Below are positions 46,415 to 51,501 of a stretch of 51,501 bases of DNA, piece by piece. This stretch comes from an uncultured Rhizobium sp. (lineage in GTDB: Bacteria > Bacteroidota > Bacteroidia > NS11-12g > UBA955). The notes below the pieces were generated by a model. That model saw nothing but the letters and a program-made list of their open reading frames with translations. It did no database searches and was not told the DNA's origin. Each line of letters starts with the position of its first letter. Within the stretch, counting starts at the first letter, position 1. A program made the translations under genes and the position numbers. The DNA lies in the NCBI GenBank assembly GCA_964645755.1, contig CAZYBT010000008.1:1-51501 (forward strand), read 5' to 3'.

Positions 46415-47281
46415 TTAAGCAGCATTTTTGTTTAAAGATTTATGATAAGCGTCATTTGGTTTCATTCCAATACTTTGATGTTTTTTCTGATGATAATACT
46501 CGATATAGGTCTGAACTCCTTCAAATAGTTCAAGACCTGTATCGCAAGGGTTCAGATAAATATGGTTGTATTTGATGGTTTTCCAGAACCTTTCAATCCA
46601 AATATTATCTGTGGCTCTGCCTTTTCCATCCATCGATATTTTGAATTCTTGACCTTCCAAATAGTTCGTCCAAGTAGGACTGGTGTACTGTGATCCTTGG
46701 TCTGAATTGATGATTTCAGGAACACCATGTTTTGCAATTGCATTTTCCAATACATCCATACACCATTGCTTGCTCATCGAGTTACTGATGCCCCAGCCCA
46801 TGATTTTTCTGCTGTAAACATCAATGATGGCGGTCATGTACATAAATCCTTTAGACATGGGGATGTATGTGATATCGGTGCACCACACTTGGTTGGCTCG
46901 CTCAATTTTTAAGCCACGCAACAAATAGGGTTTGATGTATGCTTTGAGAGCACCTTTAGTAAGATTTTTTCTTCGATATATAGTTTCATGCCCCATCAGT
47001 TTAAACATCCGTCTAATACGCTTGGGACCTACTGGGTAACCATGTTCTTGAAGCCATTCATCCATTGATAAAACGCCCTATGTTGGATGAGATGTAAGAT
47101 GTTGATCCATCAGAGACATCATCTTGAGATTCTCAGGTTTTTCAGGAATAGGCGCATAGTAAAGTGAACTAGGAGGAACACATAACAATTCACATTGTCG
47201 GCGCAATGAAATGGCACTTCGCTTTAATTTTATGGCTTCCATTCGTTCTCGGGTATCCCCAATTTCTTGGCACTTTTTTTT
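46415..47281 (-). pseudogene. IS3-family transposase OrfB (DDE/rve integrase core), interrupted by an in-frame amber codon
   Basis: The -1 frame from UUA-AAA-AAA-A reads KKKCQEIGDTRERMEAIKLKRSAISLRRQCELLCVPPSSLYYAP...MDQHLTSHPT-TAG-GVLSMDEWLQEHGYPVGPKRIRRMFKLMG. The TAG is at 47080..47078, where relatives normally have HP.YG. The downstream 216-aa ORF carries DDE residues (WCTDITYI, INSDQGSQY, IERFWKTIK). Confidence 0.75.
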
Positions 47282-47547
47282 AAAAAGTCTAGCTCCACTT
47301 TGAGCTTGCCAATTTGGGCATAAAGCTTCTCTACTGGCACCTCTGGCTCACTGTTTTCAGTTTCCTTTACGTTGGAAAAAGCAGCAGCCATGTTGGTTAT
47401 TAACTCTGATTTCCATTTAGAAATTGTTACGGCGTTAACCTCGAATTTTTGTGACAACTGTGCTAATGTTAGTTGTTCTTTCGCCGCCTCATGGGCAACT
47501 TTTGCCTTGAATTCAGGTGTGAATTTGCGTCGGGTTTGTTTGGTCAT
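47230..47547 (-). CDS. IS3-family transposase OrfA (HTH)
   Basis: 105 aa. RRKFTPEFKAKVAHEAAKEQLTLAQLSQKFEVNAVTISKWK, a leucine-zipper-like tail, and an A8 slippery run (47274-47281) near the 3' end. Confidence 0.85.
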   Translation of the reverse strand: MTKQTRRKFTPEFKAKVAHEAAKEQLTLAQLSQKFEVNAVTISKWKSELITNMAAAFSNVKETENSEPEVPVEKLYAQIGKLKVELDFLKKSAKKLGIPENEWKP

Positions 47548-47618
47548 ATTGTTTAGTCAAATTAAGTGTTTTTTTAACTAAACTTCTGGTCCAATTTTTA
47601 GGGAGTATTATAATACAT

Positions 47619-48110
47619 TCACACCTCACATTTACCCACCCCATTTCCCAAAAACTCATATACCTTCATGATTTGGGGCTTTACAACGTCATAAATGTAG
47701 TACATGCATGAATTGAACTCAAACCTTTTGTTGTTAATCTCAATAAAATAGCCAGTATCTGTAAAAGAAATTGGCAAATGCCGATTGAACATAACATGAT
47801 TTCCTAAACTGCCATAAATGCCATAAAAATGGATGTGATTTTCAAGTTGAGGCACATTTTTGTTCATCGCAATGTAGTGATAGTAAGTGGTGTCGGTGTG
47901 TTTGTTGAATAATTCTACAAATTCAAAAAACAAGTCTTCATCGTGTTCATTTATATCAGTGTAGTATTGAACAAGTTCATCATTTTCAATAACATAGCAA
48001 TATACTTTTCCTTGGGCGCCCATGGCACCCAATTCCCCGTATTCGGCATACACGATTTTTTCTAAGGGAAGATTTTCCAGCAACTCTCGGGTGATTGGTT
48101 TCTTTTTCAT
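47619..48110 (-). CDS. Hypothetical 163-aa protein (second gene of the orphan two-gene operon)
   Basis: Uninterrupted ORF. Starts 7 nt after the stop of the 409-aa gene. Its stop codon (47621..47619) lies 1-5 nt from the IS3 right end. No family recognised. Confidence 0.5.
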   Translation of the reverse strand: MKKKPITRELLENLPLEKIVYAEYGELGAMGAQGKVYCYVIENDELVQYYTDINEHDEDLFFEFVELFNKHTDTTYYHYIAMNKNVPQLENHIHFYGIYGSLGNHVMFNRHLPISFTDTGYFIEINNKRFEFNSCMYYIYDVVKPQIMKVYEFLGNGVGKCEV

Positions 48111-48116
48111 CTGATT

Positions 48117-49346
48117 TTAAATCAATCCTTTCAGCATTTCTGCATTTTTCTTTACTTTGGCAATGTGCAACCAAGTTTTTGCCAAATCTTCGTGCCAATA
48201 TTTCTTCATTAATTTTGCCTTCGCAGCATCTGTTAATCGCGATTCAGCGATAGCCCAAAGCATGTATTTAGCTTTCACCAAATCAATGTTTGATTCTAGT
48301 AATTTTCGTGCGGCTTCAAAGTCTGGGAAAAACACACGACCCACTTTTTCTGTTTTTATTGGAACAGGATATAATCGACGCGAATGCGGTAAAAAGCAGT
48401 AATTCAAATGAAAACCGCAGAAATCCGACTTTTGTTGATTCCCATACTTTTCCGAAAAACTCCTGCATCTTTTCAAAGAATATTCCTCCTCCTCTTCCTC
48501 TGGACTCATTTTCCGGTAACCGCGATTTTTAAGAATTCCATCCTTAGAATATTCAAAATATGGAACCTTATTGAAATCATCTAATAAATCTGTCTGATCA
48601 TCAGACTCCCAAATACTATCCAATAATTTTTGCTGATTATAGGCATCAATAATATTGTCGATATGCGCTTGATCCATCATATTCAAACGGTCGCAGTCCA
48701 TCAAAATTTGCTCATTTGTCAATTCAAAATCTTGATTCCAATCTATCAAATGGGCGGTGTAACGGGCTCTTTGTGCCGTAACGAAATCCAATTGAGCGTG
48801 TTGTTCAACCCATTTCGCAATATTTTCATGAGGGACAGTTGTCGTTTCAACAAGTGGTCGAACGTATTCATTTTCTATAGCTTGCGCCAACACCCAATCC
48901 CACTGTTCATGATCTAATTTAACTTTGGTTAGAAAATTAACATAAAACCAGTACACACCTTTGCTATTCTTTTCATTTACAACAAGATGCACCTGATCCG
49001 TGGTAATCCGTTGAAATATTTGAAAAATCCCATTTTTCACTGCTTGTGAAGGCTTAGCCTTTAATTCAGTTTCGAAAATTCTACTAAACCGAAAATTCGG
49101 GACATTGTCAATTATACAATTGATGGTAATCTTGAGCATTCCATGTCTATCGATTCTTTTAGGAACATCAAAGCAGTCCAAATTCAATTGAATCAAATCG
49201 AGCATTACCCTTTCGTTGTATTGATAATCAAGGAGATCATCTCTATACGAATAGTAATCCTTCAGCGTTTTAATCCTAAATTTCGGCACGGGCCTAGCCA
49301 TCTTTAAATATTCTTTCCGAAAGGTTTTTTGCAACAAGGGATCCAT
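48117..49346 (-). CDS. Hypothetical 409-aa protein (first gene of the orphan two-gene operon)
   Basis: Long uninterrupted ORF in AT-rich DNA. Cytoplasmic-looking, with an acidic run (PEEEEEEY). No catalytic motif recognised by eye. Confidence 0.55.
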   Translation of the reverse strand: MDPLLQKTFRKEYLKMARPVPKFRIKTLKDYYSYRDDLLDYQYNERVMLDLIQLNLDCFDVPKRIDRHGMLKITINCIIDNVPNFRFSRIFETELKAKPSQAVKNGIFQIFQRITTDQVHLVVNEKNSKGVYWFYVNFLTKVKLDHEQWDWVLAQAIENEYVRPLVETTTVPHENIAKWVEQHAQLDFVTAQRARYTAHLIDWNQDFELTNEQILMDCDRLNMMDQAHIDNIIDAYNQQKLLDSIWESDDQTDLLDDFNKVPYFEYSKDGILKNRGYRKMSPEEEEEEYSLKRCRSFSEKYGNQQKSDFCGFHLNYCFLPHSRRLYPVPIKTEKVGRVFFPDFEAARKLLESNIDLVKAKYMLWAIAESRLTDAAKAKLMKKYWHEDLAKTWLHIAKVKKNAEMLKGLI

Positions 49347-49475
49347 ACAAAATGAGGTACAAGTTAGTGAATGCTGAAATGGAATGCTTTATAAGTTATC
49401 GACAAAATTTAAAATTCTTCATAAATTACGCCCTCAATGTTGTCAAATATTTTTTTTTGCTTAATTTGTTAGACC

Positions 49476-49976
49476 ATGATTCACTTTACGCTTAAAGAAA
49501 CCCCGGTTTTATTGGGAATTGTTGATACATTTGAATGTCCTTATTGTTTGAAAATTTCTGATTGGAATTTATTGAGGATTGATAGACACATTAATATCTT
49601 TTTTATTCCTGTAATACCTTTAATAATGGCTCCGTATAGACTGAAATGCGCACATTGTAATTATGAGTTAATTATTCGGAAAGATGAAATTAAAAATTAC
49701 ATAGCAAAATTAAAAATTAAAGAATTATTTACATGTGGTAAAATCGATGAATATGAGAGAAAATCTAGAATTAGTGAAATTGATTTTTTAATAGAAAAAG
49801 TAAAACAACAAAGAAAAAACGTTGCAATTTCAGAAAGCGATAAATGGACCGAATTAACCAGAAACAAAACAGATGAAGAATTGCTCAAAATTTATTTCAA
49901 TCAACGCTTTCAATATAATGCATCCATGATCATTGCCATTAAAGCCGAAATTGATAGAAGACGATTATTAAATTGA
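49476..49976 (+). CDS. Zinc-ribbon domain protein with a central hydrophobic segment
   Basis: 166 aa. CPYC...(INIFFIPVIPLIMAP)...CAHC, a split four-Cys ribbon around one hydrophobic stretch, followed by a helical tail. Divergent from the 409-aa gene. Confidence 0.5.
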   Translation: MIHFTLKETPVLLGIVDTFECPYCLKISDWNLLRIDRHINIFFIPVIPLIMAPYRLKCAHCNYELIIRKDEIKNYIAKLKIKELFTCGKIDEYERKSRISEIDFLIEKVKQQRKNVAISESDKWTELTRNKTDEELLKIYFNQRFQYNASMIIAIKAEIDRRRLLN

Positions 49977-49981
49977 AGGTT

Positions 49982-50560
49982 TCATTTTGCCAATCCCTCC
50001 CCCCTAACCTCAATAAACGCACCTAAAATGTTGGTACTTGGATTCCATTCGTCTTGCCAGTTTTCGTTTTCGAAAATGGGATTGGTGGTTTCGTTGTCGT
50101 CGAGGCCGTCCATGTTGTAGATGAGAGAACGGATGAGACGTTGACCTGCAATGGCAATGGTGTCGGTGGGTTGTTTGGGGGTCCAACATACCACGTCTAA
50201 GGCCCTCTTGCTTGTGCCGTTGGCCCATGCGTCGAGTTTTACGGCGGCTGTCATGACGTAATATCCCTCAAAACGCGTGTCGATGTAAATCTTCACTTCA
50301 CCGCCGATGTCGGGCATCCCCATCATTAAAAATGGATGATAAAAACTCGCCCACAACTTCGGAGGCGTGGTTCCCATAAATAACCGGTCAAAGTTTAAAT
50401 AGGCCGATGAAATGTGATAAACGGGTGCTCCCTGGATGATCCTGCAAACTTTATTTTCTTCTTGTTCGGTTTCCGCTGGCGCGTTTCCAATGACAATCAT
50501 TTTTCCTTGGATGGTTTGACGAAGCGCCAAATAATTCATTGCTGTTGCTCTGTTGTCCAT
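49982..50560 (-). CDS. Hypothetical 192-aa protein in a G+C-richer block, divergent from the WYL regulator
   Basis: ORF 49982..50596, which starts at TTG. I prefer ATG 50560 (MDNRATAMNY...). No family recognised. Its composition differs markedly from the neighbouring genes. Confidence 0.5.
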   Translation of the reverse strand: MDNRATAMNYLALRQTIQGKMIVIGNAPAETEQEENKVCRIIQGAPVYHISSAYLNFDRLFMGTTPPKLWASFYHPFLMMGMPDIGGEVKIYIDTRFEGYYVMTAAVKLDAWANGTSKRALDVVCWTPKQPTDTIAIAGQRLIRSLIYNMDGLDDNETTNPIFENENWQDEWNPSTNILGAFIEVRGEGLAK

Positions 50561-50622
50561 AGTTTTACTGTTTTTGTTGATGCAAAATTCAGTCAATGTC
50601 CATCAAAGAAATAATGCACAAA

Positions 50623-50648
50623 TGCAATAAAATATTGCACTATATTTG
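50623..50648 (+). promoter_or_regulatory. Palindrome TGCAATA-aaa-TATTGCA immediately upstream of a -7 box (TATATTTG) for the WYL-regulator gene; candidate operator/promoter
   Basis: Repeat arms at 50623-50629 and 50633-50639. The -7 box at 50641-50648 ends 4 nt before ATG 50653, implying a leaderless or near-leaderless transcript. Confidence 0.4.
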
Positions 50649-50652
50649 TGAT

Positions 50653-51501
50653 ATGCACTTATCGAGGATTGAGCGACTTCAGTTTATTCAAAATTTGCTT
50701 AGGGAGGGACAGCAACCCACCTTCGAGGAGTTGAAAACGGTGATTTCCGAAAAATTGTCCCCCATAAAAACAAGAATGCTGAGGGAAGATTTGCACTTTC
50801 TTCGCACGGAAGGACTTAATAACAATCGATTGTCAATCAAATTAATAGAAGGGAAATACACCCTTCAAAACGACAATGAATTTAGTATTCACAGTTTGAA
50901 AGACAACGAACGAGGCACCCTTCCCCTATTATTTTCAATTCTCCAACCTTATGAGCAGTTTCCGGCGGTAAGTGCCCTGCTGAACAACCTGATTCAAGTG
51001 CACAAACTCAACGAAGCCGAAATAAAACAACTCAGTTGGGGCATTGGAAATAATGCACAAAAATTGAAACCCATGCAAATTCAACGCATTGTTGATATTT
51101 TGGGATGCATTCACAAGCAAGTGGCCATCGAATTTAACTACTACAAAGTCACCCAAGGTGCTGTAGAACATAGCGATGAGGACATCGTTTACAGGAGGGT
51201 TTATCCATTTCAAGTTCGCACTTTTGACGACCGTTATTATTTGGTGGGGATACAAGTTGGTCGCGAAATCAAGGCTGAAAACATTCAACATTTTCCGATT
51301 GACCGCATCCACCGCAGGGTTGACATTGCCCTCGACGAAAGCACGGAAGAACCCATTCACTTCGACTGGTTGAAATTCCTTCAAAAAACGGACTTCACCA
51401 ACCATTACAAACATTGCATTGGTATGTATCGCGAATTTGGCAAGGCGGTAAAACCCATCATTGTATACCGTTGGTTCACCGGCTGGGCCGCCAGCCAGGT
51501 T
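50653..51501 (+). CDS. HTH + WYL domain transcriptional regulator (partial; continues beyond the window end)
   Basis: Not in the ORF track because there is no stop in the window. My translation from ATG 50653 is open for 283 codons: MHLSRIERLQFIQNLLREGQQPTFEELKTVISEKL (winged-HTH-like) ... VYRRVYPFQVRTFDDRYYLVGIQVGREIKAENIQHFPIDRI (WYL-domain signature). The 159-aa minus-strand ORF 50935..51414 is antisense to it. Confidence 0.75.
   Translation, partial: MHLSRIERLQFIQNLLREGQQPTFEELKTVISEKLSPIKTRMLREDLHFLRTEGLNNNRLSIKLIEGKYTLQNDNEFSIHSLKDNERGTLPLLFSILQPYEQFPAVSALLNNLIQVHKLNEAEIKQLSWGIGNNAQKLKPMQIQRIVDILGCIHKQVAIEFNYYKVTQGAVEHSDEDIVYRRVYPFQVRTFDDRYYLVGIQVGREIKAENIQHFPIDRIHRRVDIALDESTEEPIHFDWLKFLQKTDFTNHYKHCIGMYREFGKAVKPIIVYRWFTGWAASQV

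Larger units (their letters stand above)
46348..47617 (-). mobile_element. IS3-family insertion sequence (about 1.27 kb), apparently inactivated
   Basis: Imperfect terminal inverted repeats: TTATAATACTCCC..TTGGACCA.AAGTTTAGT at 46352-46387, and its reverse complement at 47577-47613, with identical blocks of 13, 8 and 9 nt. Carries orfA plus a -1-frame DDE orfB. The exact ends are uncertain, and I could not identify target-site duplications. Confidence 0.8.

Noticed and set aside
50935-51414. 159-aa minus-strand ORF listed in the track
   Set aside because: It is antisense to the open HTH+WYL reading frame, which starts at 50653, has clear domain signatures and runs off the window. The minus-strand product has no recognisable features.
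1-51501. Scan of all intergenic regions longer than 100 nt for tRNA, rRNA, tmRNA or RNase P-like sequences
   Set aside because: I recognised no cloverleaf-compatible sequence or conserved rRNA block by eye. This is a weak negative and should be confirmed with tRNAscan-SE and Infernal.

Overview
Low-GC Bacteroidota-type chromosomal segment. This is supported by type IX secretion (T9SS) C-terminal sorting domains on three large secreted proteins, many lipoprotein signal peptides, and TAnnTTTG -7 promoter boxes.

Positions 1-44.6 kb are mostly ordinary chromosome:
- guaB (partial, missed by the ORF track because it runs off the edge), OsmC, DUF3050, GH30, a photolyase-family gene and PadR-PspC.
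- Two pirin paralogues, each near a Crp/Fnr-type regulator, plus MFS and rhodanese genes.
- A CLC channel with fluoride-subclass motifs and a DEAD-box helicase.
- A PNGase-F-like/LamG T9SS cargo cluster.
- An SbtA-like permease and a BacNaV-like channel.
- metK behind a SAM-I-clan-like leader.
- A TonB-dependent receptor behind an FNR-type box.

The most unusual non-coding content is a 9-bp TTAGRRRGA tandem-repeat family found at the 3' end of three consecutive minus-strand genes.

Positions 44.6-51.5 kb look like an accessory or defence-type island:
- A Panacea (DUF4065)-type antitoxin plus an unrecognised partner, bracketed by 63-bp direct repeats.
- A decayed IS3-family element.
- An orphan two-gene operon and a zinc-ribbon protein.
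- A visibly G+C-richer block in which an unknown 192-aa gene is divergent from a WYL-domain regulator that runs off the window.

I saw no rRNA, tRNA or CRISPR array. All family assignments come from reading motifs by eye; no searches were run.
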